This document shows positions 16,107 through 24,328 of a stretch of 64,000 bases of DNA, one piece after another (position 1 is the stretch's first letter; each line of letters opens with the position of its first letter). A model generated the notes under the pieces. That model ran no database searches and was not told the DNA's origin. It saw only the letters and a list, made by a program, of their open reading frames with translations. A program made the translations under genes and the position numbers. The DNA lies in contig DATBSO010000071.1 in assembly GCA_036559745.1 (NCBI GenBank), positions 8,331 to 72,330 on the forward strand. Direction: 5' to 3'. The stretch is from Gemmatimonadales bacterium. GTDB lineage: Bacteria; Gemmatimonadota; Gemmatimonadetes; Gemmatimonadales; GWC2-71-9.

Positions 16107-17184
16107 AGTGCGCGACGAGGCCGGCATCGTCCTGCGGCTGCCGGTAGACGTAGCGCTCTCCCCGGAAATTCCGCAGTACCACTTCCTCGTCGGTCATGCT
16201 GATGACGTATTCCGGCAGCAGCGGGATCTTGCCGCCGCCCCCGGGGGCGTCGATCACGAAGTACGGATTGGCGAGCCCGCTGGTCCATCCTCGGAGGGCC
16301 TCCATGATCCGTATGCCGGCCTGAACCGTCGTCCGGAAGTGCTCCGCGCCCGCCACCTGGTCGGCCATGTAGATGTAGTAGGGCCGGACCCGCGCCATCA
16401 GCAGGCGCTGCATCAGCTCCTTCATCACCGCTGGGTCGTCGTTCACACCCTTGAGGAGGACGGTCTGGCAGCCGAGCGGGATGCCCGCATCGGCCAGACG
16501 GCCCAGTCCGGCGACCGCGGCGGGCGTGAGCTCATCGGGGTGATTGAAATGGGTGTTGATGAATAGCGGGTGGAACCGCTTCAGGGTCGCGCACAGCTCG
16601 GGTGTGATCCGCTCCGGCAAGTGGCAGGGGATCCGGCTGCCGATCCGGATGATCTGGAGATGCGGGATCGCCCGGAGCCGGGTGAGGATGGCCTCGAGCC
16701 GCCGGTCGTTGAGCAGCAGCGGGTCGCCACCGGACATGATGACGTCCCGGATCTCGGTGTGCTCCTCGAGGTACTGGAAAGCGGACTCGAACTGCGACAT
16801 CGGGATCTTTTCCGGATCGCCCACTTTCCGGCGGCGGGTACAGAACCGGCAATAGGTGGCGCATACCGGGCTCACCAGGAAGAGCGCCCGATCGGGATAG
16901 CGGTGTGTGATGTTGGGGACGGGGCTGTCGGCGTCCTCGTTGAGCGAGTCCACGATCCCGTCCACGACCTCGAGCTCTTCGACGCTCGGCACGTACTGAC
17001 GCCACATGGGGTCGCCGGGGGACTTGATCAGGTCCACCATCGCCGGTGAGATCCGGAACTCGAAATTGTCGGCCGCCAGCCGGAGCCGATCGAGGTCGGG
17101 GAAGTGTTCCGGGCCGAACTTGGCGGCGAGCGCCTCGAGGGACGCGATCGAATTCTTCTTGAGGACTTCCTGCCAGGTCTCCAT
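16069..17184 (-). CDS. KamA-family radical-SAM amino acid 2,3-aminomutase (lysine 2,3-aminomutase-like)
   Basis: CATYCRFCTRRRKVG is the CxxxCxxC cluster in KamA context. SGGDPLL and a PLP-region-like pattern are present. The N-terminus METWQEVLKKNSIASLEAL is typical of KamA. GGGGGAGG SD upstream. Confidence 0.88.
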   Translation of the reverse strand: METWQEVLKKNSIASLEALAAKFGPEHFPDLDRLRLAADNFEFRISPAMVDLIKSPGDPMWRQYVPSVEELEVVDGIVDSLNEDADSPVPNITHRYPDRALFLVSPVCATYCRFCTRRRKVGDPEKIPMSQFESAFQYLEEHTEIRDVIMSGGDPLLLNDRRLEAILTRLRAIPHLQIIRIGSRIPCHLPERITPELCATLKRFHPLFINTHFNHPDELTPAAVAGLGRLADAGIPLGCQTVLLKGVNDDPAVMKELMQRLLMARVRPYYIYMADQVAGAEHFRTTVQAGIRIMEALRGWTSGLANPYFVIDAPGGGGKIPLLPEYVISMTDEEVVLRNFRGERYVYRQPQDDAGLVAHFTPLGEPFPSIA

Positions 17185-17200
17185 GACTGCCGCCTCCCCC

Positions 17201-17701
17201 TCAGCCCGCAGGGGTCGAAAGAGACTTCACGTAGACGACCTGATCGTCACCGTCATCGTAGAAGTTGGGGATGATACTGGTGCTGCGATAGCCCCGGGCC
17301 TCGTAGAACGCCCGGGTCGGCAGGTAATCGGGCCGCCCGGCCGTCTCGACGACGATGAGCCGGGCGACCCCCGCGAGGCGGCGCTCCATTTCCCGAAGCA
17401 GGGCGCTGCCGATGCCGCAGCCATGGACCGCGGGGTCGACCGCCATCCAGTAGAGATCGTAGGTACCGACGGTACAGGGAGTGGGACCCCAGCAGATCCA
17501 GCCGGTGAATTGGCCGTCCAGCTCGGCGGCGAGGGCGGAGTAATCGGGGGAGCCCGAGACGGCCGCGTCGAACACCTCGAGCGCGATGGCCGTCTCGTTC
17601 GCGCGAAAGAGGCCGGCCGCTCTGGTGATTTCCTCGAGACGCGGCCGGTCGGCGGCGCGGAGGCTTCGGAGGGCCGGCGAGGCGGTGACCGCGCCGCTCA
17701 C
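17201..17701 (-). CDS. GNAT-family N-acetyltransferase
   Basis: The acetyl-CoA motif region is VDPAVHGCGIGSALLREMERRL...ARGY. The GTG start at 17701 overlaps the stop of the upstream ATP-grasp gene (GTGA). The longer track ORF would overlap that gene by about 100 nt. Confidence 0.8.
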   Translation of the reverse strand: MSGAVTASPALRSLRAADRPRLEEITRAAGLFRANETAIALEVFDAAVSGSPDYSALAAELDGQFTGWICWGPTPCTVGTYDLYWMAVDPAVHGCGIGSALLREMERRLAGVARLIVVETAGRPDYLPTRAFYEARGYRSTSIIPNFYDDGDDQVVYVKSLSTPAG

Positions 17702-18708
17702 GCGGCGGACACCCCACTGACGAGGGCGGCGGCGGCCGAGCTGCTCTGGGAGCGCATGAGCGCCTCGTCGACGACCTGCATGACCAGCTCGTCGTAGCTC
17801 CACCCGAAGGCCCGCCCCATCCGGGCGAGGCCCGCGTTGCTCGAGAGGTCGGGGCAGGGATTGACCTCGAGGACGTAGGGCTGCCCGTCGTCGTTCACCC
17901 GGAGGTCGACCCGGCCGTACCCTTCGCCGCTCGACACGTGCATCCAGGCATCGCGCGCCACGTCGGTGATCCGCTTGGCCAGGTTCTCGTCGATGGTGGC
18001 GGGACAGATAGGAAGGGTGCCCTCGTCTTCAGGGCTCCCCGGAATCCACTTCGCTGCGTAGCCGACGATCGGCCAGGTCCCCTCGGGCATCCCCTCGAAG
18101 TTGATCTCGGCGATGGGCAGCATCCGCTTGCCGACGAAGCCCACGTTGAACTCCCGGCCAGGCACGTACTCCTGCACGAGCACCTCTTCGAACTGCTCCA
18201 GCATCTGGGCGACCCGGCGCTTGAGGGCCCGCTTGGACGTGCAGACGGCGCCGTTGTCGATGCCCACGCTGGCGTCCTCGGCCGCCGGCTTCACGATGGC
18301 CGGCAGGGGGAACTCCGCGGGGCTCTTGTTGGCCTGCGCCAGGGTGAAGGCGGGGACCGGGAGTCCGGCGGCGGCCAGGAGCGTGTTGGCGACGTGCTTC
18401 CGGTGGGCGATGGTGGTGGCCCAGTGGCGGCACCCGGTGAAGGGAACGCCCGTGAGCTCGAGCGTGCCCACGACGAAGTCCTCGAAGCGGGCGTGCCCGT
18501 TGATCCCCTCGCAGAGATTGAAGACGAGGTCGGCCCGCCGGGCGCGGGAGAGCCAGCGGAACTCGCCAAGGCGGAGCGCGAGCAGCTCCACCTCGTGGCC
18601 CCGGCGCCGGAGAACATCCCGGATCTCGTGGACGTTACCGACGACCGCGGCTACGTCCTGCGCGCTCCACTCGTCGCTGCCAGCATCGTACAAGATCGCC
18701 ACACGCAT
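17698..18708 (-). CDS. ATP-grasp ligase, D-Ala-D-Ala-ligase-like family (copy 2)
   Basis: The pattern is ...FPLPAIVKPAAEDASVGI...VLVQEYVPGREFNVGFVG...YGRVDLRVNDDGQPYVLEVNPCPDLS... The ATG directly follows the TGA of the upstream gene. Confidence 0.8.
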   Translation of the reverse strand: MRVAILYDAGSDEWSAQDVAAVVGNVHEIRDVLRRRGHEVELLALRLGEFRWLSRARRADLVFNLCEGINGHARFEDFVVGTLELTGVPFTGCRHWATTIAHRKHVANTLLAAAGLPVPAFTLAQANKSPAEFPLPAIVKPAAEDASVGIDNGAVCTSKRALKRRVAQMLEQFEEVLVQEYVPGREFNVGFVGKRMLPIAEINFEGMPEGTWPIVGYAAKWIPGSPEDEGTLPICPATIDENLAKRITDVARDAWMHVSSGEGYGRVDLRVNDDGQPYVLEVNPCPDLSSNAGLARMGRAFGWSYDELVMQVVDEALMRSQSSSAAAALVSGVSAA

Positions 18709-19812
18709 TCAGGCTACCTCCGCCAGGAGTGATCGTCCGCTGATCCGGCGCCATGCGATATCGGCGACGGTGCGGATGAGTTCGTCGTAACTGATTCCAG
18801 CGGCGCGAGCAGCCTTTGGAAAACAGGAATTGTCCCGCGGGTCAGGCAAAATGCCCGGCAGCGGGTTCAGTTCGACGACCATCGGGCGATTGGTGGCGTC
18901 ACAACGAATGTCGACGCGGCACCAGTCGCGGCATTCCAGTGCGTGGTAGGCCGCCAATGCGGCGGCGCGAACATCCTCGGCCAGTGCTTCGGGAATTCGG
19001 GCCGGGCACTCGAAAATCTCCAGGGGATGGCGCGGCGAGTCCCACAGCCACTTGGCCTCGTAGCCGTAGATCGGCGGCGCACCCTTGGGTAGTGTATCAA
19101 ATCGCATGCCGACAATGGGCAGGCAATACGCGTCGTCGTCGTTGCCGAGCACCGCCACGGTGAATTCGGGGCCGGGCAAATAGGTCTCGATCAGCACGGG
19201 CTCGGCGTAGGTCGCGAGGAGATTGGAGACCTGACGGACGAGCTGCGTCCTCGTCTTGCAGACGCTGCGCACGCTCACGCCTTTACCGCTTCCCTCGAAG
19301 GCGGGCTTCACGAAAAGCGGAAAGGGAAGCTGGACCGCGCGTGCGTCGTCGGAATGCTTGGCCAGAACGAAGGGGGCAGTGGGCACGCCGTGATAGGCGA
19401 GCACTTCCTTGGCGCGCCGCTTGTCGAGCGCGAGGCCGAGCGTCAGTGGGTCCGAGGCGTGGCACGGGATGCCGAGAAATTCGCAGATGGCCGGTACGTG
19501 GCCCTCGCGGTTCGGGCCGTAAAGTCCCTCAGCGATGTTGAAGACGAAGTCGGGCCGAATGAGTGCGAGGCGCGCGGGAAACGACGTGTTCGCCTCGAGG
19601 CGATAGACCGTGCCGACACTCTCGAGCGCGCGCTCGACCGCGTCGATAGTCGCGGGCTCATCCCATTCAGCATAGAGATCGGGTTGGGAGAGATCGGCGC
19701 GGAGGGACCGACTGGAAGGCTCGTCGGAAGAGGGGGAGTCGGGAGTTGCCCCGGCTGGACTAGCCGGCGCCTCGGGTTTGAGATTGAAGGCGAGTCCGAT
19801 CCGAACTGCCAA
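18709..19812 (-). CDS. ATP-grasp ligase, D-Ala-D-Ala-ligase-like family (copy 1)
   Basis: The pattern is ...FPLFVKPAFEGSGKGV...VLIETYLPGPEFTVAVLG...WCRVDIRCDATNRPMVVELNPLPGILP...GISYDELI. The TTG start at 19812 has GAGGG 5 nt upstream. Confidence 0.8.
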   Translation of the reverse strand: MAVRIGLAFNLKPEAPASPAGATPDSPSSDEPSSRSLRADLSQPDLYAEWDEPATIDAVERALESVGTVYRLEANTSFPARLALIRPDFVFNIAEGLYGPNREGHVPAICEFLGIPCHASDPLTLGLALDKRRAKEVLAYHGVPTAPFVLAKHSDDARAVQLPFPLFVKPAFEGSGKGVSVRSVCKTRTQLVRQVSNLLATYAEPVLIETYLPGPEFTVAVLGNDDDAYCLPIVGMRFDTLPKGAPPIYGYEAKWLWDSPRHPLEIFECPARIPEALAEDVRAAALAAYHALECRDWCRVDIRCDATNRPMVVELNPLPGILPDPRDNSCFPKAARAAGISYDELIRTVADIAWRRISGRSLLAEVA

Positions 19813-19825
19813 AGGCGCCCTCTAC

Positions 19826-19858
19826 AAAAAAGGCCGTCCGCGAAAGACGAGCCGGACG
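19826..19858 (-). terminator. hairpin + U-run downstream of thyX (candidate intrinsic terminator/attenuator)
   Basis: The minus strand reads CGTCCG-gctcgtctttcg-CGGACG followed by GCCTTTTTTG. The stem is 6-7 bp, the loop 12 nt and the T-run six residues. It ends only about 13 nt upstream of the ATP-grasp start codon. Confidence 0.35.
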
Positions 19859-19923
19859 AGTGAGTATTTGGACGAAACTAAAGTAAGAAAAACCGTTCGG
19901 ACGCACAATAGGTTTTTTGAATT

Positions 19924-20721
19924 TCAGACCTTATGAAATTCGACCCGACCCGCCTCACTCCCATCCGCCGCAACGTAAATCGAGAAGTCGCCGAAGAGCG
20001 CGGGCGCCTCCCGTTGAAGCAGACGAAGGCAGACGACCGCCATGCGACGGATCTCGAGCTCGGCGCCTTCTCCGAGGCGAAGCTCGAGCATGGTACGCCA
20101 CGCTCGGACGTTCGCGCTCGCCACGATCTTCACCTCGGTCGCGTTGGGTAGCACGCTTCGTGCCGCTTCGCGCGCCATCTTCCGGCGATGAATGGCATCC
20201 GGCACGCTCGCGTACCGCGTGATCAGCCGCTCGACCGCGGCCACGTAGGCCGCCTGTGCGGCCGTCACCTGCGCGGTCCACTCCTCCTCGAGCCGCTGGT
20301 CGCCGATCACGGCCGGCGGCATCACGAATGCCGCATGCGATTCGTCGACGTAGCGCTGGCTCAGCTGCGACCAGCCCCACCCCGCTCGATGTCGCACCAG
20401 CTCGTGGCTGCACGAGCGGGAGATCCCCTCGATCAGCACGACGTACTGGGCGTGCTCGAAGACCGACCCGTGTCCCTGGCGCAGAATGTTCCGGAGGTAG
20501 TCGGCGGTGGTCCTGCCAGCCGGGTTGTGCTGGCTCATGTAGCAGAGTCGACCCGCGAACTCGGCCAGCCGCTCCCCGTCGGTCGACTCGCCCTTCCAGG
20601 AAACCGGAAGATGCGCCGGCTCGATGAACTGGGGGCGGGCGATGAGGGTGACGCGGGGCTCGCGGATGATCTGTATGGGCTCGAGGGTCATGGCCGAAGG
20701 CTCTCGACTGACGGTTGTCAT
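19924..20721 (-). CDS. thyX: FAD-dependent thymidylate synthase
   Basis: The ThyX signature is ELVRHRAGWGWSQLSQRY (RHR-x7-S-x-x-S-x-RY). ATGA start/stop overlap with the upstream gene. Confidence 0.9.
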   Translation of the reverse strand: MTTVSREPSAMTLEPIQIIREPRVTLIARPQFIEPAHLPVSWKGESTDGERLAEFAGRLCYMSQHNPAGRTTADYLRNILRQGHGSVFEHAQYVVLIEGISRSCSHELVRHRAGWGWSQLSQRYVDESHAAFVMPPAVIGDQRLEEEWTAQVTAAQAAYVAAVERLITRYASVPDAIHRRKMAREAARSVLPNATEVKIVASANVRAWRTMLELRLGEGAELEIRRMAVVCLRLLQREAPALFGDFSIYVAADGSEAGRVEFHKV

Positions 20722-22301
20722 ACCAGCTCCAGCCGGTTACGCCCGTACCCGCCGGTCTGCTCGATCTGCCGCAGCGCGCGCGCGATGTCGTCCGGGAGAG
20801 TGATGGCCTGCGCGCCCGCCTTCAAATGGCTGAGGGGCGGCTCGCCGGTGGGAAGGATAATGCCGGGGTTGAGAATTCCGAGGGGATCGAAGGCGCGCTT
20901 CACCCGCTCGAACAGCGCCACGATCTCCGGACCGTAGATGCGCGGAAGGAATCCGGCCCGCAGTCGTCCATCGCCGTGCTCTCCCGATGGCGTTCCGCCG
21001 AGCCGCACCACCGCGTCCGTGACCTCTTGCAGAAGGTGAGCCACACCTGTCTCCCATCCCGCATCGGTGACCCGCGGCAGGAGATTGACGTGAATGTGCC
21101 CGTCTCCCGCGTGTCCGAAGATCACGACCGGGATGTTGAGCGCTGCCGCCCGCTCCCGGACGAAACGGACGTAGGCCCCCATCTCGGCCACAGGAACACA
21201 GGCGTCCTCGATCACCTGGAGCGATCGCCGGTCCTCCGGCAGACCCGCCAGAATCGGACTCGCTGCGTGGCGCAGCGCCCAGAGTCGTTGTGACGCGTCG
21301 GCGGTGAGGCCGGTGTCCACTGCAGAGGCCCACGGTCGCACGGCCGCCGCGGCCGCGTCCACGGCGGCTCTCACTTCGGTGGGTGTCTCACCCTCGACTT
21401 CCACCAGCACGACTGCTTCAGCGCCGCGCTCGCCCACGAGCTCGAGGAAGGTTCGGTCGAGCAGCTCCACTGCCGACGGCCCGATCTGAAGCAGGGCGGC
21501 CACGACGTCCGCGAGCGGGTCGAGCGACCGTAATGCGAGCTTGAGACCACCGCGCGACGGCGGTACCGGGTCCAGCCGCCACTCCACCGCTGTCACGACC
21601 GCGAGCGTGCCCTCGGCGCCGATCACGAGATCGAGTGGATCCCCCGACGCGAGGTACGCGTCCAGGGCGTAGCCCGAGGAGTTCTTCCGGGTGTGAGGGT
21701 AGCGGGCGTTGATCTCTGATGCGGCGGCACGAATGGCCGGTGCGGCTTCGTCCTCGAAGCGCCGGATCGCCACCGACCCCGCCGATGACCGTCGCCGCAG
21801 CTCGGTTGCTTCGCCATCGGCCGTGACGGCTTCCACGGCCTCGATCCACCGGCGCACGCTGCCGTAGCGGACGGAGCGGGCCCCGGCGGCGTTCGTGGAG
21901 ACGACCCCGCCTGAGGTGGCCCACGCGGCGCTCGATGGATCGGGCGGAAGCCGGAGTCCGGCTTTGTCGGCTTCGAAGTTGAGACGGGCCAACGGCACAC
22001 TGGCACTGGTCCTCGCGATTCGATGCGTCGGGTCCATTTCGAGTCGTCTCGGGAGTCCCGTCAGGTCGACGATGACCCCGTCACCGACGTTGCCGCCACC
22101 CATCGCGCTTCCCGCCCCGCGAGGCACCAGGCTCACGCCGAGGCCGGCTGCCCAGCGGACCACGGAGGCCACATCCTCCCGGTCCGCCGGGACGCATACG
22201 GCCGAGGGGAGCATGCGGAAGATGCCCGCGCCCTCCGCGTACGCGGCGCGCGCGCGTCGGTCGGTGCGGAAGACTCCTCGAATCGGCGGAGGCGGCAGCA
22301 T
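20718..22301 (-). CDS. FAD-linked oxidase (GlcD/D-lactate dehydrogenase-like)
   Basis: The N-terminal FAD-binding PCMH-type pattern is VSLVPRGAGSAMGGG. The C-terminal pattern is ...VIFGHAGDGHIHVN...GTPSGEHGDGRLR..., typical of the GlcD family. Confidence 0.8.
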   Translation of the reverse strand: MLPPPPIRGVFRTDRRARAAYAEGAGIFRMLPSAVCVPADREDVASVVRWAAGLGVSLVPRGAGSAMGGGNVGDGVIVDLTGLPRRLEMDPTHRIARTSASVPLARLNFEADKAGLRLPPDPSSAAWATSGGVVSTNAAGARSVRYGSVRRWIEAVEAVTADGEATELRRRSSAGSVAIRRFEDEAAPAIRAAASEINARYPHTRKNSSGYALDAYLASGDPLDLVIGAEGTLAVVTAVEWRLDPVPPSRGGLKLALRSLDPLADVVAALLQIGPSAVELLDRTFLELVGERGAEAVVLVEVEGETPTEVRAAVDAAAAAVRPWASAVDTGLTADASQRLWALRHAASPILAGLPEDRRSLQVIEDACVPVAEMGAYVRFVRERAAALNIPVVIFGHAGDGHIHVNLLPRVTDAGWETGVAHLLQEVTDAVVRLGGTPSGEHGDGRLRAGFLPRIYGPEIVALFERVKRAFDPLGILNPGIILPTGEPPLSHLKAGAQAITLPDDIARALRQIEQTGGYGRNRLELV

Positions 22302-22329
22302 GCGGAAAAGATAAGTATCTTCTTCGGGT

Positions 22330-23124
22330 ATGTCGGACAGCCCGCGGGCTCAACTCATCCATATCGACGTCGATCGCCGGCTCGGCCACGAGTGGGACGA
22401 CTGGGACGGCCGCGCGCTGCCCAATGAGGGGAACTTCGATTCCTCTCCCGGCCTCTTCTTCGCCTGGTCCGCCCTGGCGCTCGCGGTCGCGATGGGCGCT
22501 GCCGCCGCCGTGCTGTTCGTAGTCGCGCCCCGCCTCGAAGCCGTGCATCCGCTGCTCGCCCGCCTGCTCTGGGGTGGGCTCGCCGTCGTCGGAGTCCTCT
22601 TCTGGGTCTGGTGGGCCGTTCTCTTCCTTTCCTATCGTGCCGGCAAGCCGCTGCTTCCCGAGTCGCTCGCGGAGCGCGGTCCGTTCCTGGCTCTCATGCG
22701 ACACACGTCGGCGATGGCGGAACGGTTCGGGCGGCGGGACTGGGTGGAGAACGCGGCCGTAAAGGTCTACAACGCGCTCGCGCTGCGGCGCGGCCGGAAA
22801 GTGGGCAAGGGTGAGCTGCTCCTGCTCATTCCACGCTGCCTCTCGAAGGAGACCCTGGACGGCGTCCTGGGCATCGCCGGCAAGTATGGCGTTCCGGTCT
22901 TCGTGGCGACGCGGGGGCAGCTCGCCCGCCGGGTGATCCGGGAACGGCGACCGCGTGCCGTGGTAGCGGTGGCGTGTGAACGGGACATGGTGAGCGGATT
23001 GCACGACGTCGCGGGGAAGGTGCCTGTACTCGGACTCACCATGACGCTGCCGGCGGGACCCTGCAAGGATGCGCTGATCGACCTCGGGCGGCTCGAGGAC
23101 TGGGTCAAGTCCTACGTCGTCTAG
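22330..23124 (+). CDS. DUF116-family membrane protein
   Basis: N-terminal TM helices are followed by LLLLIPRCLSKE...VFVATRGQLARR...AVVAVACERDMVSGL. This matches my memory of DUF116. Confidence 0.6.
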   Translation: MSDSPRAQLIHIDVDRRLGHEWDDWDGRALPNEGNFDSSPGLFFAWSALALAVAMGAAAAVLFVVAPRLEAVHPLLARLLWGGLAVVGVLFWVWWAVLFLSYRAGKPLLPESLAERGPFLALMRHTSAMAERFGRRDWVENAAVKVYNALALRRGRKVGKGELLLLIPRCLSKETLDGVLGIAGKYGVPVFVATRGQLARRVIRERRPRAVVAVACERDMVSGLHDVAGKVPVLGLTMTLPAGPCKDALIDLGRLEDWVKSYVV

Positions 23125-23125
23125 C

Positions 23126-23680
23126 TCAATCCGGCTCCGCCGGGGTTTCGTCATCGGGTTCCGGCGCCGGCTCCTCACCTGGACGAGCCCCCTGCTGCGC
23201 CGGCGCCGTTACCGGTGGTCCCCCATATCCCTTCAACATGTCTTCCAGCGCCGCGTGCACTTTCGCGGCGACCGGATGGTCTTTCGGGACTTCCCGCTCG
23301 AGCTCACGCGGCGGAAGTGACGGGTCGGCGAGCGGCCGATACACCGTCTCCACGGTGAGGAGCGAGTAGCCCGGCCGCCCGGGATCGGCCCAGGCGCGCA
23401 CTCTCACGATACGAGTCCCCATGGGCCGGTGGGCGGTCGGCTTGCCGCTGGAATGGTCGAACCAACGGCTCTCGATGAACCCGTCGCGCAGCTCGACCCG
23501 CTCGGCGGGGATGGACTCGGTCTGCATGACCTCCGCGAGCCGCTTTGTCGCGTCGAGTGGGGAGATGCGGATCTCCACCGTCTCCGCCTCCGGCAGCGGC
23601 GCGAAGGTGGGCCGCGTCGTGGCGGGCTGGCACGCCAAGAGTCCTGGAAGCGCCACCGCCAGCGTGGCTCGCATGTTCAA
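23126..23680 (-). CDS. hypothetical lipoprotein
   Basis: MNMRATLAVALPGLLACQ is a signal peptide plus lipobox. The track start is a TTG at 23680, overlapping the upstream stop as TTGA. An ATG at 23674 is an alternative. Confidence 0.55.
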   Translation of the reverse strand: MNMRATLAVALPGLLACQPATTRPTFAPLPEAETVEIRISPLDATKRLAEVMQTESIPAERVELRDGFIESRWFDHSSGKPTAHRPMGTRIVRVRAWADPGRPGYSLLTVETVYRPLADPSLPPRELEREVPKDHPVAAKVHAALEDMLKGYGGPPVTAPAQQGARPGEEPAPEPDDETPAEPD

Positions 23681-24318
23681 TCCTTGTGCGGGGGCGTGCC
23701 CGGCGCGTGCGTATGCCCGGCGTTCGGTGCCGTCGCGGAATCGGAGGGTGCCGGCGCGGCCCCGGCATCGTGATGGTCGCCGTCCTGATGCTCACCGTCG
23801 GTATGCTCCGCCTCTCCCGCTTCGCCCTCTCCATCGTGATGGTGGCCTGCTTCCCGCTCGTGTATCTCGCCTTGCAGCACCGCCGTGGGAATACCGGCCG
23901 CGTGATCGAAGACGAGCTTCCCGCCGAACGAGGCGGTCGCGAGGAGCGCGCCCAGCCCTGCGAGTGAGAGCACGAGGGCAAGATTCCGCTCGCCCGATCC
24001 CATCTTGCTCTCCCGGAGGATGCGCCACAGAGCGACGACGGCGAAAATGCCGAGCGTGACGAACGCCAGTTTCTCGTGCGTCTCCATGATCCGGTGGACC
24101 GCCTCACCATGCGCGATGTGCTCCTCTGCCTGCAGCCCCGACAGTACCGCCAGAATGCCGCCGACTGCGCCCACGATCATCGTCCAGTAGCCGACCGTCC
24201 GGAACGACGCCCGCTTGGTAACGGCCGCCAGAATGTCGAAGATCACCGCCACCAGAAGCAACGCGGCGGGAAGATCGTTCAACGCGGCGTGCAGACGGGG
24301 CCAGTCGTAGCCGAACAT
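23677..24318 (-). CDS. DUF2231-like membrane protein with His/Asp/Glu-rich C-terminal tail
   Basis: The ATG at 24318 is preceded by AGAGGAGACC. Four hydrophobic helices are present. The tail is HEREAGHHHDGEGEAGEAEHTDGEHQDGDHHD...GHTHAPGTPPHKD. The longer track ORF (to 24621) looks like non-coding read-through. Confidence 0.6.
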   Translation of the reverse strand: MFGYDWPRLHAALNDLPAALLLVAVIFDILAAVTKRASFRTVGYWTMIVGAVGGILAVLSGLQAEEHIAHGEAVHRIMETHEKLAFVTLGIFAVVALWRILRESKMGSGERNLALVLSLAGLGALLATASFGGKLVFDHAAGIPTAVLQGEIHEREAGHHHDGEGEAGEAEHTDGEHQDGDHHDAGAAPAPSDSATAPNAGHTHAPGTPPHKD

Positions 24319-24328
24319 GGGGTCTCCT

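Noticed and set aside
16069-17184. KamA-family gene acting as EpmB for EF-P beta-lysylation
   Set aside because: No EpmA (a LysRS paralog) or efp gene is nearby. The gene is instead coupled to GNAT and ATP-grasp genes. This is not excluded without phylogeny.
16069-19812. Interpretation as a graspetide (microviridin-like) RiPP cluster, which also has two ATP-grasp ligases plus a GNAT
   Set aside because: The ligases look D-Ala-D-Ala-ligase-like rather than RimK/MdnB-C-like. I found no small precursor-peptide ORF in or next to the cluster, and there is no ABC exporter or protease gene. The presence of an aminomutase argues for small-molecule chemistry. I still mention it because only a profile search can settle it.
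22081-23178. 365-aa minus-strand ORF
   Set aside because: It is antisense to the DUF116 gene and overlaps the end of the FAD-oxidase gene. The composition is Arg/Pro/Gly-rich.
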